Positions 42,560-57,368 of a stretch of 64,000 nucleotides of DNA are shown piece by piece. Every line of letters starts with the position of its first letter. The first letter of the stretch is position 1. A program made the translations under genes and the position numbers. A model generated the notes under the pieces. The model was not told the origin of the DNA and did no database searches. It saw only the letters and a list, made by a program, of their open reading frames with translations. The stretch comes from Eledone cirrhosa (taxonomy: Eukaryota): positions 27,342,001 through 27,406,000 of the forward strand of contig OZ024750.1 in the NCBI GenBank assembly GCA_964016885.1, in the 5' to 3' direction.

Positions 42560-42602
42560 GTAATCCTGAAGATTTCTAATAAGAATGAAACGCGTAGGTT
42601 AC
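42560..42602 (+). ncRNA. Type I hammerhead ribozyme (family F, unit 2)
   Basis: Identical to unit 1; predicted cut after 42596, 310 nt downstream of the first cut. Confidence 0.9.
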
Positions 42603-42869
42603 TTCCCTTGCTTTTATCGAGAATCTAATTGTAATACGTGACGTATTCTATTCTATAGCGATTAGGTCTTCAAAATGTTTATTATAAACATACAGAATAT
42701 TTTCGAATATTCTATGTCTATCTTCACATATATATCGCTATTTCAGAGCATTTAATCCAATTTCTAATTTCTGCCGGACCGGCAACCGCTCTTTCAAACC
42801 AGTTCCTGTACACAGCTAAGTATTCTATAAGTCTCTAGCTGTGTCATTCTCGATAAAAGCACTGGATAT

Positions 42870-42912
42870 GTAATCCTGAAGATTTCTAATAAGAATGAAA
42901 CGCGTGGGTTAC
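42870..42912 (+). ncRNA. Hammerhead (family F, unit 3) with GUG cleavage triplet, predicted inactive
   Basis: cgcgtgggtt replaces cgcgtaggtt (A>G at 42906), which violates the NUH rule. Confidence 0.8.
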
Positions 42913-43730
42913 TTCCCTTGCTTTTATCGAGAATCTAATTGTAATACGTGACGTATTCTATTCTATAGCGATTAGGTCTTCAAAATGTTTATTATAAACA
43001 TACAGAATATTTTCGAATATTCTATGTCTATCTTCACATATATATCGCTATTTCAGAGCATTTAATCCAATATATATATATATATATATACATGCATATA
43101 TATGCATGCATACATACACACATGCATATATACATGCATATATATATATATATATATACATACATGCATACATACATATATATATACATGCGTACATACA
43201 TACAGACTATTGTTTAATAACTATAACGTAATATATAGACATATGTCTATACATAATTACATTTATGCATATAGAAATACATACTTTATACATACTGATG
43301 TTTAATATCTGTAACGTAATATTTATACACAAAAATTTAGACATATATACTTACACATTGTTGTTTAATACCACTAACGTAATATATACACACGATGGCT
43401 GCAAACTCTGTTAAAAGGATTGCAATCGCTTGTCAGATTACAGCGTGTTGTGCACTTATAGGCTACCACCAGCCACACACGCCTGTAACATATCCTCAAC
43501 AAGCAATGCCAGTGCCTTGAAGGATTTTTAACTGGGGAAAGGCTTTTCACTCGACCAATCCCACTCTTTGAGGATCGAAATCACTGCTCGCAAAGCAGAA
43601 CTGGTCAACATCATCGGATGCTCTGAAGCCGTAGGTTTTTTTTTCCAGAGTTTACCCTCTCCTTGAAAGGTGTCGGGACAACAACTGGGGGCCTTTCACT
43701 CCCAGATGCCCCCCCCCCAAAAAAAAACAC

Positions 43731-43858
<128 letters not shown>

Positions 43859-44299
43859 ATCACCAAGGAATGATCGCATCTATGTAAAAGGAACAATAAA
43901 GTAACAGTTGATTAAATTTATGGACGCCATTGTCGCTACTGGATAGTTTGAAGTTTGTAGTTTGAAGTTATAAATCCGCTGACCATCCGGGCGTTAGCTG
44001 TCCCACGTCTGCTACACGACACTTCAATAAATAAGACGATATAATAACAAACTTTCCAGTTGTTGTCTTCCTGTTTCTTCTACAACAACTACAACGGTAC
44101 GCGATGGGGCCCACCTACAGCCCCGGCGGACAGAATGGAAAAGGCGTTTCCCCGGATGGCGGCAAGGGAGACGCCCTGGGAAAGCCACCCACTCCAACTC
44201 GCGGGGCTCACATCTGCGGCTGGCACAGCTCAGCGCCTATGGTGGTGAGTTAATTCATTGATGGCATCGCAATGTAGGAAGAATGATACTGGTTATACA

Positions 44300-45588
44300 C
44301 ATTTAGAGAGAGAGAGGTGGGGGGACATACTTTGATACACACACATATATATATATATACAGAGAGAGAGAGAGGGGGGGGACATACTTTGACACACACA
44401 CATATATATATATATACAGAGAGAGAGAGAGGGGGGGGACATACTTTGACACACACACATATATATATATATACAGAGAGAGAGAGAGGGGGGACATACT
44501 TTGACACATATATATATATATATATACAGAGAGAGAGAGAGAGGGGGGGACATACTTTGACACATATATATATATATATATATATACAGAGAGAGAGAGA
44601 GGGGGGGACATACTTTGACACACATATATATATATATATATACAGAGAGAGAGGGGGGGACATACTTTGACACATATATATATATATATATATACAGAGA
44701 GAGAGAGAGGGGGGGGACATACTTTGACACACACACATATATATATATATACAGAGAGAGGGGGGGACATACTTTGACACATATATATATATATATATAG
44801 AGAGAGAGAGGGGGGGGGACATACTTTGACACATATATATATATATACAGAGAGAGAGAGAGGGTGGGACATACTTTGACACATATATATATATATATAT
44901 ATACAGAGAGAGAGAGAGGGGGGGACATACTTTGACACATATATATATATATATATATACAGAGAGAGAGAGAGGGGGGGACATACTTTGACACATATAT
45001 ATATATATATATATACAGAGAGAGAGAGAGGGGGGACATACTTTGACACATATATATATATATACAGAGAGAGAGGGGGGGACATACTTTGACACATATA
45101 TATATATATATATATACAGAGAGAGAGAGAGGGGGGGACATACTTTGACACATATATATATATATATATATACAGAGAGAGAGAGAGGGGGGGACATACT
45201 TTGACACATATATATATATATATATATACAGAGAGAGAGGGGGGGGACATACTTTGACACATATATATATATATATATACAGAGAGAGAGAGAGAGGGGG
45301 GGACATACTTTGACACACATATATATATATATACAGAGAGAGAGAGAGGGGGGGACATACTTTGACACATATATATATATATATATATATACAGAGAGAG
45401 AGAGGGGGGGGGGGACATACTTTGTCACATATATATATATATATATACAGAGAGAGAGAGAGCGGGGGACATACTTTGACACATATATATATATATATAC
45501 AGAGAGAGAGGGGGGGGACATACTTTGACACATATATATATATATATACAGAGAGAGAGAGAGGGGAGGGGGGGCATACTTTGACACA

Positions 45589-45620
<32 letters not shown>

Positions 45621-45663
45621 CATATACAGAGAGAGAGAGAGAGAGAGAGGGCGACATACATTG

Positions 45664-45700
<37 letters not shown>

Positions 45701-45733
45701 CATATACAGAGAGAGAGAGGGGGGACATACATT

Positions 45734-45808
<75 letters not shown>

Positions 45809-45823
45809 GGGGGACAGACATTG

Positions 45824-45854
<31 letters not shown>

Positions 45855-45860
45855 CATATA
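44300..45860. repeat. ~55-60-bp higher-order minisatellite gacatactttgacac-(AT)n-ac-(AG)n-(G)n
   Basis: More than 20 units with fixed anchors and variable internal microsatellites. Confidence 0.95.
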
Positions 45861-45874
45861 CAGAGAGAAAGAGA

Positions 45875-45944
<70 letters not shown>

Positions 45945-46189
45945 TACACTGACACATACATACACACATATATACAGAGAAAGAGAGAGAAAGAGAATAT
46001 GCACATACACACAGACAGATAATATATATATACACACAAAAAGACATATATACACACAGGCACACATGTTCACATACAGGCAAAGGCACACTCACACACA
46101 CACACACACATACACAAACACACACAAGCACATACATACGCACAGAAGCTTAATACACTGGTTTCTATATGCACATGTATGTTTGTTTA

Positions 46190-47065
46190 TACACGCACAC
46201 ACACATACATATATACGTAAATACGGACACACGCATACACACATACATATATACGTAAATATGGATATACTCACACACACATACATATATACGTAAATAC
46301 GGACACACGCATACACACATACGTATATACGTAAATACGGACACACTCACACACACATACATATATACGTAAATATGGATATACACACACACATACATAT
46401 ATACGTAAATACGGACACACGCATACACACATACATATATACGTAAATACGGACACACGCATACACACATACATATATACGTAAATACGGTCACACGCAT
46501 ACACACATACATATATACGTAAATACGGACACACGCATACACACATACATATATACGTAAATACGGACACACGCATACACACATACATATATATGTAAAT
46601 ACGGACACACGCATACACACATACATATATACGTAAATACGGACACACGCATACACACATACATATATACGTAAATATGGATATACTCACACACACATAC
46701 ATATATACGTAAATACGGAAACACGCATACACACATACATATATACGTAAATATGGATATACTCACACATACATATATATGTAAATATGGACACACGCAT
46801 ACACACATACATATATACGTAAATACGGACACACTCACACACACATACATATATACGTAAATACGGACACACTCACACATACATACATATATATGTAAAT
46901 GCGGACACACTCATACACACATACATATATATGTAAATATGGACTCACACACACATACATATGTAAATACAAACACACTCATACACACATACATATATAT
47001 ATAAATACGGACACACACACACACACACACATACATATATATAAATACAGACACACTCATATACA
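46190..47065. repeat. ~38-40-bp minisatellite cacacgcatacacacatacatatatacgtaaatacgga
   Basis: About 20 units. Confidence 0.93.
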
Positions 47066-47613
47066 CAGACACGTGTACCTATGTACAATAAAAATATCGA
47101 GATGCAGGAAAGATAATTAAAATCCAACGTCTGTTAACACAAGAGGGACAATTACTTCATAAAATATATTATTACTATTGAAAGTTTAAGTTTCTAATGT
47201 CTCGTTTATATTTACAATATCTAGTTGAATGTCTAACATTAAGAGTGACAAGTGGCTCTCTAAGATATACTAATGAACCATTCTAAAATTATGTAGTGTC
47301 CTTGAGGAAAAATATGTAAAGTTTTTTCAGAAAATACAAATTAGAAATGGCTGCGATGCATTTTTTCTCAAGGTTTTTATTTTATATGAAATCGTGTGTT
47401 GAAACAGTTCTTGTTATACACAAAGTATTGTCTTGAAATTCGAGTTGAAACATAAGTGTATTAGAATTTATACAATAATGAGAAACTCAGCGCAAAGAAA
47501 ACTACCAAAACAATAAAATGTCGTCAATGATGATTTTGGGTAAAAATCTTACCTCGAAGGACAGGAATAAGCGGCTAGAAGTGTGTTGGTCCAGAGAAAT
47601 TGTAGAGAGGAGC

Positions 47614-47665
<52 letters not shown>

Positions 47666-48033
47666 ATAATGGAAATGTACGAGACAAAAAACACTCAACA
47701 TCATATTGCGTCATCAGCCCTTGTACCGGCATGCAGTTTCGCGTAAAGAGAGTCATGTTGTCCTAATATTGCCAAAAATCGTAAAACACTGCCAGTTTGG
47801 TTTGGTTTTTGTTTCAGTATGTTTTTATAATTTTATAATTTTATAATTTAGCTGGCAATCACTCAATCAATCATTGTTTATCAATGACATCATCAGAGAT
47901 TTCCTGATAATTTCTTTTGAATGAAACAGTTCTAGTCCTGTAGAAGCCATTTCTTTATTAAACATGATGTTTATACTCTGCTAATGTATTGAGTACCTTA
48001 TTTACTGTGGTTACGCCCGATTGAACTCAGGAC

Positions 48034-48136
<103 letters not shown>

Positions 48137-49099
48137 GTCTGCTGCTCTACTAGTGTTTTATCCCGCACATTCAAATGTTTTATCAAAGAAGAAAGTTTGA
48201 AAAGGATGAGGATAAATTCGTCGTCTGCTGTTAGAAAGAATAAGAATTCCTTTCTAGTTGATTGCCAGCTAATGAGAAAATTATGCTTTACTCAACCGAA
48301 GGTCGTCTGACAATTGTAAATGTAGCGTATGATTTCGTTGATGACATGTCTGTCTATGAAAAACAATCCAACCGTAACATCGTTATTACTAGATGATCAC
48401 AGGGTAAGATATTACAAAGAATTTAAATTAATGAAGGTAATGCGTTTGATTGCTTCCTTTTCTTCTGTTCAATTGTATTTTAGCTTGTCCTGACTGACTT
48501 TATTAAGCAGACTATTATTATATATATTATTTGTTGGTTTTCTTGTTTTATATATTGTGAATATTGTAAAAATAAGAATATATAGAAATGAGGCGCAACG
48601 TCACAGATGTTTGGAAACAAAAGACCCCAGTCTATTATATTGAATACAACTTAACTTATTTTATGAATTTCGGAACTATGAGAGTCGAACACGGTGAGAT
48701 TCTAGGGAGATATAATCAACTACTGCAAGGCATTTTCCCGATAATACCGTGATAACTATTTTTTAAATGTCCCAGTTCAAATAGCTGCAAACGGTTCATT
48801 GTTGTAAGCGACATTAATCTAGAGTAGATGCATACTGAACAGTGGCATGGAGCAGAACAGTTCATTGTTGTAAGCGACATTAGACTAGAGTAGATAAATA
48901 CTGAACAATGGCATAGAGCAGAGAGGCGCAATGTCACAGATGTTTGGATACAAAATAACAAATAGTCTAATATATTGACTAGAACTTTTTTTTATGAATC
49001 TTGGAACCACGAGAGTTGAATATGGGGAGATTCATAGGGAGACATAATACACTACCACAAGGCATTTCCCTGATACTACCGTAACAGCTAGTTTTTAAA

Positions 49100-49153
49100 T
49101 GTTGTGTTACTCTGGAGTTTCATCTGTGCTCTTACAGGATCATCAGACAAAAC
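49100..49153 (-). ncRNA. Type I hammerhead ribozyme (family I)
   Basis: gttttgt CTGATGA tc-ctgt-aagagc-acag-at GAAA ctc-ca-ga GTA acacaac. An inverted 3' piece follows to ~49280; degenerate relatives at ~21780-21945 and ~59430-59600. Confidence 0.75.
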
Positions 49154-49894
49154 ATGATAATACTGTGAGTGTGCAGATGAAACTCCAGATTAACAAGGCT
49201 CACTCTTTAGCCATAATCAAATGAATATTTAAACTCTGCTTTGGTATTGGGTACTTTTTCTCACGTCTGTCAATAATACACGGAGACACACACACATATA
49301 TATAGTTTAATATAGAAATGGCTTCTACAGGACTAGAACTGTTTCATTCAAAAGAAATTTCCTATTCAATGAAACAGTTCTAGAATTGTAGAAGCCATTT
49401 CTATATTGAACTTGATATTTACACTCTACAAATGATTTGAGTATTTTACTAACAGTCATTACCCCCAATTGAACCTGGGAATTTGTATATATATATAAAT
49501 ATAACTACTCTTCGTTTTCTCGTTATATTTCCTACTTCACTGGACAGTTTTTTTAGTTAAGTATATTTACTTTCTTCTAGTGTCCTCTTACTACACCTCT
49601 CCTTTATACTTCTTTATCATAATATCGTCTCCTTTCTCTTCTCAAGTAGTCAACCCAGTGATTCACTTCAACTCACTTTCCGCTCGATTATCCTTCTATG
49701 AAAACACAATAAAAATACGTTTAGTTAAATGATATCATATATATATATGCCCATATATATATCCATAGTGAAATCGTGGGTAACCACACTTAAAAAGGTA
49801 CTCAATACATTAGTAGAGTGTCGGGATTTTACATATCTCTACACCCACCCTACATCTCTCCATGCGTTGAGTACTCCCATGATTAGTTGTTTCC

Positions 49895-49943
<49 letters not shown>

Positions 49944-50050
49944 ATATATATATATATATATGTTATATAATGTGTGTGTGCGAGTGAGACAAACTTATTT
50001 TAGTCTGTTTGACTTATACTTCCCTAAATACAGTTTTTTGGCTTACACAT

Positions 50051-50089
<39 letters not shown>

Positions 50090-50811
50090 CCAATATACTA
50101 TTCATTGTCAGTTACAATTCTATTTACACATTTATAATCACACACACTCACTAAGGCACATTCCTACTCATACTTACTTACATTTACTCACCTTCCACTA
50201 ATCATGATTACCAAATCATGTCACGAAATACATATGCAGTTGAAACACATCTGGTACTGACTAGTTTATATTAAAATCAAAGTAAGACTTTACAATAACT
50301 ATCTCTTAAATGATTAGCATTTATAACGTTTAACCCAGTTTGCAGCACTCTATTGAACCAGTTAACTCTGGTACAATGACATTGAGAGAGATAGCAATCA
50401 TTAGTTTCTTTCTAAAGGCAGAGAGTTGGCAGAGTCATTACAACGTTAGATAGAAAGTTTTGCGGTACTCGTTGCGACTCCCTGCTCTCTGTGTTCAAAT
50501 CCAATTGAAGTCAAATTTCCCTTTCATCCATTCGAGGTCGATAAAAAATATACCAATTAAATACTGGGGTCAGTTCTTCTTCTATATTTCTTTCTCCCTC
50601 TCTATCCGTTCATTAAGAGGTTTTGTGTAACCCGACACTTTGTTATGATCATCATAACACATGGCTGTTTTTACAGCTATTTCTGTGTTTGAGATTCCTA
50701 CAGTTTTACGAAATATTTACACACTCGGCACTCTAAATCATTTCATATCATGAAATATATATATATATATCCACGTGCTGTTGAAATGTCGGGTAAATAT
50801 TATATTCTATA

Positions 50812-50998
50812 GTGGTGGATTGGTAGTATCGGTAGAGGGTCGGACGCCATGCTTTCCAGCATAGTTACGTCCCTTTACGATCTGAGTTCAAATCCCGCCG
50901 AGGTTGACTTTGCCTTTCATCCTTACGGGGTCGATAAAATAAAGTACCATTAAGGCACTGGGTAATTGCTGGCCTTGTGCCTAAAGTAGAAACAATTA
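50812..50998 (+). mobile_element. Dominant SINE, full length
   Basis: TSD attatattctatag. Confidence 0.9.
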
Positions 50999-51181
50999 TA
51001 TTCTATAGCGGTTTGCCGCGAAGACGCCGCTGTCGTGTACTTATTTACTGTTTCTTCATAGGTGCCTTTTAATCTTAAAGCCTGGTCTAATTGATTTTTT
51101 GTGTGGTTAATTATGCTAATTGGGAGAAGAAATGATGTATATATATTATCAAATAATGCTCTGGACACGCTTTACTTTATA

Positions 51182-51231
<50 letters not shown>

Positions 51232-51368
51232 TCACGTTGCTCCTTCTACCTGGAGTTGCGACCGATAGATAGTACTAGCAACTGGAAAGACCGATGGAAA
51301 CTTTGTTTCCTCGATCCGATTTGACGAAAGTCGATCGATTTAAAAATATATATATATATATATATATA

Positions 51369-51667
51369 TGTAGGAGGTGAGTTTTATTGTAGTACAATAA
51401 AGCAATGCAGATATCGGATAAGAAGCACTCTACAGTTTGTAGGACTGGAGTATGCATAATATAAGATCAAAAGATGGTTAAAGGAGTTCCATATATTTTA
51501 TTATGCGCATTTCAAAAACAAACATCATCATGCAATAATATTTGTGTTTTCATCAGATAAAACAGGATAACATGATATGAAGGCTAAAAACCACTTGTGG
51601 ATAGTGCAGTTTTAAATCAACATATAATAATAAAATATATGGAACTCCTTTAACCATCTTTTGATCT

Positions 51668-51672
<5 letters not shown>
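51369..51672 (-). mobile_element. Family C insertion; hammerhead at 51496-51562
   Basis: Near-identical to the 3288 copy, with a short inverted tail piece and (TA)n flanks. Confidence 0.8.
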
Positions 51673-51716
<44 letters not shown>

Positions 51717-51718
<2 letters not shown>

Positions 51719-51937
51719 AGTGGTTAAACAACAGATAGTTCACCATAGCGTGAATAATTGTTTCATCTTAGCGGATCCTCAACTCGAAATGGACCACTAG
51801 GGTGAAAGAATTGGACCCGCTAAGGTGAAACAATTGTTCTCGGTATGGTGGACTAACTGTTGTGTAACCACTTCTACCTAACTCGTCCCATGGACTGAGT
51901 GCTCTATCACTACGGATATTACCTTCCAGTGTTCTAC

Positions 51938-51941
<4 letters not shown>
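51717..51941 (+). mobile_element. Fold-back element in (TA)n carrying the hammerhead 3' half GAAACaattGTT
   Basis: Imperfect ~60-bp inverted arms at 51718-51778 and 51812-51873; palindromic ACAATTGT. Confidence 0.5.
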
Positions 51942-51988
<47 letters not shown>

Positions 51989-52446
51989 TAAAAGGAAAAG
52001 AAAATGCTGACAAATTGTTCCCAGTGAAAAATAGTTTAATTAGGAATAAGTATAAATTAGTAATAAGTATCGGTTAGAATTCAGTTTTAGTTTTAAGTTT
52101 TTACCGGTTGCGCATTTCTAATGCTTTTCAAAAATAATTTTGAGATAGAGCGCACGTTATGTTGTTTGCTCTAATCTGATCAGTTTTGGAAATTTTTCCT
52201 CTTTTATGTGAAAAAAGTGGCTCCAGAGGTATTAAGATTTGGTTGGTTGTTGAATGTCACGTGAATGAGTACTATAAACTCGCGCCAATTCGTGTTGTAA
52301 AAATTATTGTAGTCAAAACAATTTTGATTGGTCGGTAGAGATCACGTGAATGTTAAAAATTGATTTTTCGCCAAATGTAGGTTTGTCGAAGAGTGTCCTT
52401 TTTCGCCTGATTGAGAAGTCACTGAAAAATAAGTCTTTTAAGACAA

Positions 52447-52492
<46 letters not shown>

Positions 52493-52907
52493 TAAAGAGG
52501 TTCATTGTTGTGATAATGGTCAGTAGGGATGTGTGTGTGAATTGCAGTCATGTTGAAAGGTCAACAGTTCAGGTGTCTATTGAGACAAATATGTGTGCGT
52601 GTGTGTGTGTGTGTGTAGCAGAGTGGTTCGTGGTAGAGGGAATAAATTCGGTCAGTAGGAATGTGTGTGTACGTGTGTAGGGGATATTTTAACATGTTGA
52701 AAGATATTTTTCAGCGCTTGTCTTATACGGAGAAGTGTGTGTGTGTGTATGTGTGTGTATGTATGTATGTGTGTATGTGTGTGTGTATGTGTGTGTGTGG
52801 ATGGACCAGTATTTTTGTGATAAAAATGGTGTACATTATTCGATATTTTCAGTAAATTTGCAAAAACGATTTATCACAACTCGTGTGTTACACCTCTATT
52901 TTTTTAA

Positions 52908-52944
<37 letters not shown>

Positions 52945-53189
52945 ATAATAGGGTTATAGTATCGTAAGAGAGTATAGAAAGGTGCCAAAAGTAGATGCGT
53001 AGTGTGCTTAATACTTGGGTTATCAGGGTTAAATATTAGAGAAAGTTAATATTTAGTGTAAGGATTAAGCAGAGCTGGAATAAGAAAAGGAATGAGTGAA
53101 TGAAAGAGTTACAAGATATGTTTTAACGGCTTGTATCTCTTTCATTCACTCATTATTTTGCTTATGTACGTACGTGTATATATATATTA

Positions 53190-53538
53190 TCTGAGAAACT
53201 CACTCAGATGCAGGATGGGTGCTACACGACAATACTGAGGATGGTTCTGAACATTAGTCATTATACACTGAGGATGAAGAACTCAGAGCTGTATGGGAGC
53301 CGCCTAAAAGTGAGCTCGAAAGCTGGACATGTTCACCGATATTCATTCAGGGTTGACACTGCACTTAGTACTCCTTTGGGAGCCCCTACACGGACACACT
53401 AGAAGAGGGAGACCGATTGACATATGTTGATGCCCTAAGTACAGACACAGGTCTCCTGAAGACGCAGAACATGGCGGCGATAATGAAGGACAGAGACAGC
53501 TGGAGAGAACTCGTCCATGGATCTCGGGAATTTTACCC

Positions 53539-53542
<4 letters not shown>
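53190..53542 (+). pseudogene. Degenerate 3' end of an RTE-type LINE ORF
   Basis: Frameshifted peptides DGCYTTILRMVLNIS..KNSELYG, AGH, TYVDAL..DTGL..MKDRDSWR resemble RTE C-termini; ends in (TA)n. Confidence 0.7.
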
Positions 53543-53597
<55 letters not shown>

Positions 53598-54992
53598 CCA
53601 CGAGATTCGGTAACCTATAGAATCAATAATTAAATTCTATTTCCGTAACATTATTTTGGGCTTGACAAAGAGTTATGACCCTTTACGCTCTGAGTTAACA
53701 TGCCGCCGAGGTTAGCTTTGCCTTTCATCCTTACGGGGTCGATAAAATAAAGCACCAGTAATGCACTGGGATAATTGCTGGTCTTATGCCAAAAGTAGAA
53801 ACAATTATTTTATTAAAAATGCAGTCATGGCAACACAAAAGAAAGAAACTCTCAAACAAATAAAGGAATATCCAATAATGTGAAATAAAGACAAACTCAA
53901 GAAGCAACAACAGTGACAGATTTTATTTACAACTTTCTATATCATACAGTACATATTTATGAACAAATTAGTTGGGTTAAAAAGATTGATCGGTCGTAGC
54001 TAGAAATGGTGTTGAACTCAATTTAACCAAACTTCTTTGTGTAGGGCCTTTCTTTCTTGTTAAATATCAAATAATGTTTCATGAAGTTTATCACAGCAGC
54101 AGCCTTTGTAATTCTAATAGATTTAACTTTCAAAATATATCTGAAAACGAATTTAAACCAAAGCCTTTTGTTTTTATATGTAACATGATGTATATATTGA
54201 GGACTAACGACTTTGAACTTTTGCTATCAATCAGAAATAACAATTCACGATGCATATATATGCACACATGTTATTAGATGGTTGTTGGCCACCCCCTGAG
54301 TTCATTCGACCTTTCACTGGTTTTGTTTTTGATCCTACAGGGTATTCAAAACCCAGCCAGCTCACTAAACCAAGCTATAAAACCGGTAAACTTACTAAGC
54401 CTGGTTTATCGAACACATGCTTTGATTTTCTAAAACTATCTTTAAATCACCAACAATCAATCCAGTTTATTCTGTCCTTTTTGTAATAATTTTATATAAG
54501 AACCTTTGTTATGCTATGTTCCAGTTTAATAATAAGTTATATATAGATCCCTCCCAATTCTTGATCTTCTTCGCTCATTTATTCCTGAGATGGTCGTGGG
54601 GCAAGAGTCCTTAAACACTCCTTCCAACGGGTCCTGTTACATCTAGAGTCCAGAAATAGTCGTCGAAACGGCTTGAGATCTGCCGTCGGGGTTAAACATT
54701 TTCCTATATATATATATATATATACATAAATATGAGACAACCCCCCCCCCCATTTAAATTTTACTTTTCAAAAGCATAAGAACTGTGAAACCGGTAAAGG
54801 AAATAAATAAATATTCTTAGAAAGACTACAGTTGCATTTTCGATTTCTTTTCCTTATATCGACAGTCAATCGACTTTCGTCAAATCGGTCTTTCCAATTG
54901 CTAATACTATCTATCGGTCTCAACTCCAGGGAGAAGGAGCAACGTGAAATAAAGTGTCTTGCTCAAGGACATAACGCATATATATATATATG

Positions 54993-55055
<63 letters not shown>

Positions 55056-55088
55056 TATATATATATATATACATTATATATATATATA

Positions 55089-55698
55089 TGGTGGCTGCCA
55101 ACTCGTTTTCGAGTACGGCCACTACTTAATATGTAGGAGAACCCCTACCGATGCGCTGAACGAGTGTGAATTTTTAGTCCAGCCAGCGACTTGAAAACTC
55201 TGGTAGGTACAAACGCTACACTTGTGACAATTATTGACACATAGTGCTGGGCCCATGGTACCATGTGACGACAAGTGCAGAGAGATCTCCAGATATAAAG
55301 CAATGCCTGTGCCGTGAAGCTTCTATAGTGAGCAAAGGCACTGCACAAAGCCAGTCCCACTCTCTTAACCAAGATGATATTTACCAAAAAGAAGAACAAG
55401 TCAACATCATTGGATACCATCAGGGTTGCAGGTGTTATATCAGAGTTTTCCTTCTCCTAGAATTCTGCCTTGACAAAGGCTAAGGGGTTATCTCTCCCGG
55501 TGATTTTGGATGGCCATTGACTCTTAAGAGCTCCTTTGCCCTTTGACAGGTTTTGTTTTTAGTCCTGCAGGATGTCCAAAGTCACCCTCCTCACCAAGAA
55601 ACCTTGGTGGGGTTGCCAGTTTAGTCGCCAACGACTCGACCATGAGACAGGTTGTACTGGGATACATGTTACCAGTAGCACCAACTGGTGACCTGACA
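55089..55698 (-). mobile_element. ~600-bp non-autonomous element with RTE-like 5' region (family G)
   Basis: Homologous to 15524-15760 (3' half), 15805-16280, 4140-4465 and, more distantly, 15030-15510 and 43392-43700. Motif ctagga(g)aaggaaaactctga resembles RTE 5' regions; 3' ends run into (TA)/(TATG) repeats. Confidence 0.6.
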
Positions 55699-55782
55699 TA
55701 TATATATATACATATATATATATACACGCATGCATGTATTCATACACATATATTATATATATATAGGGACCAGGCGATGCGT

Positions 55783-55911
<129 letters not shown>

Positions 55912-56109
55912 GTGTCCTCTTTATTTACGTGTCCCAACGACTTTTTTTAGCCGTTGCTCGCACCAACCGGAGGTATATGTCTTTAAAGCGATGAAATACC
56001 AATGATGGTTGGAAGATCACTGATGAAGGACTAACTTTATTCATATATATATATATATATATATATACGTATATGCATGCATATATATATGTATATATAT
56101 ACGTATATG

Positions 56110-56202
<93 letters not shown>

Positions 56203-56218
56203 GTATATATATATATTC

Positions 56219-56274
<56 letters not shown>

Positions 56275-56853
56275 GTATATGTATGTCTATATGTATGAAA
56301 ATGAATATATTTCTCTTTATGTCACCTTATACGCCAGGCATTTCACTTAATAATATATAAAACACATGATTTATGCCCTACAAACAAGTCCATGTATGTA
56401 TAAGCAATTGTATTGGATGAATGTAAACGTTACCCTATCAATCCCTAAATCTGCTGTTCTCGTTCTTCTTAAGCATTTCAACAATCATACGATTTTTATA
56501 TTAGTTCTCAGCCAATGTATTCCTTCCCCTCGCGTTTATTTTTTGTTTATCTTTAACATTTTATCAGTAACTTTCATCAGCAATAACCTTGACCAAATCC
56601 TTCAACAACACTTATGATAACCTTGTACAGATGTACAATAGTAAAAATGTTAATGTACGATGACATTTTTGATCTTAAAGTAAATGTCAGCCAGCTAAGT
56701 AAGATCTTCAGGGAAATTTACGATATTAATTGAAAAAAAAAAAATACAACTTAATACCTATTTTCTGATGAAATATTGTGTTATTAGAGAGAGAGAGAGG
56801 AGGGGGGGAGAAAGATAGTGAGAGATGGAGTTAGAACAGTGAGAGAGAGGTAG

Positions 56854-56911
<58 letters not shown>

Positions 56912-57048
56912 GTATGTATATATATGTATGTATGTATATATATATATGTATGTATGTATATATAGATATATATGTATGTATATATATATATATATATGTG
57001 TATGTATATATATATGTATATATGTATATATATATATGTATGTGTATA

Positions 57049-57086
<38 letters not shown>

Positions 57087-57102
57087 TATGTATATATATG
57101 TA

Positions 57103-57133
<31 letters not shown>

Positions 57134-57170
57134 GTATATATATATATACATATGTATATATATGTATATA

Positions 57171-57203
<33 letters not shown>

Positions 57204-57292
57204 GTATATATTTATACATATATATATGTACATATATATATATATATTTATATATATATATACACACACACACATATATATATATATGTATG

Positions 57293-57368
<76 letters not shown>

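Larger units (their letters stand above)
41792..43071 (+). mobile_element. Retrozyme-like array: three tandem 310-bp hammerhead-containing units plus one inverted unit, between (TA)n tracts (family F)
   Basis: Unit starts (tatatcgcta) at 42111, 42421, 42731 and 43041 (partial); reverse-complement unit at 41792-42095. Copies are nearly identical and have no ORF. Confidence 0.9.

Noticed and set aside
43882-44290. Solo LTR or exon in a GC-rich patch
   Set aside because: No TSD, primer-binding site, second LTR or convincing splice acceptor; the translation is uninformative.
44250-46143. 613-aa and 616-aa ORFs
   Set aside because: Open in several frames only because the minisatellite has no stop codons; unit lengths do not preserve frame.
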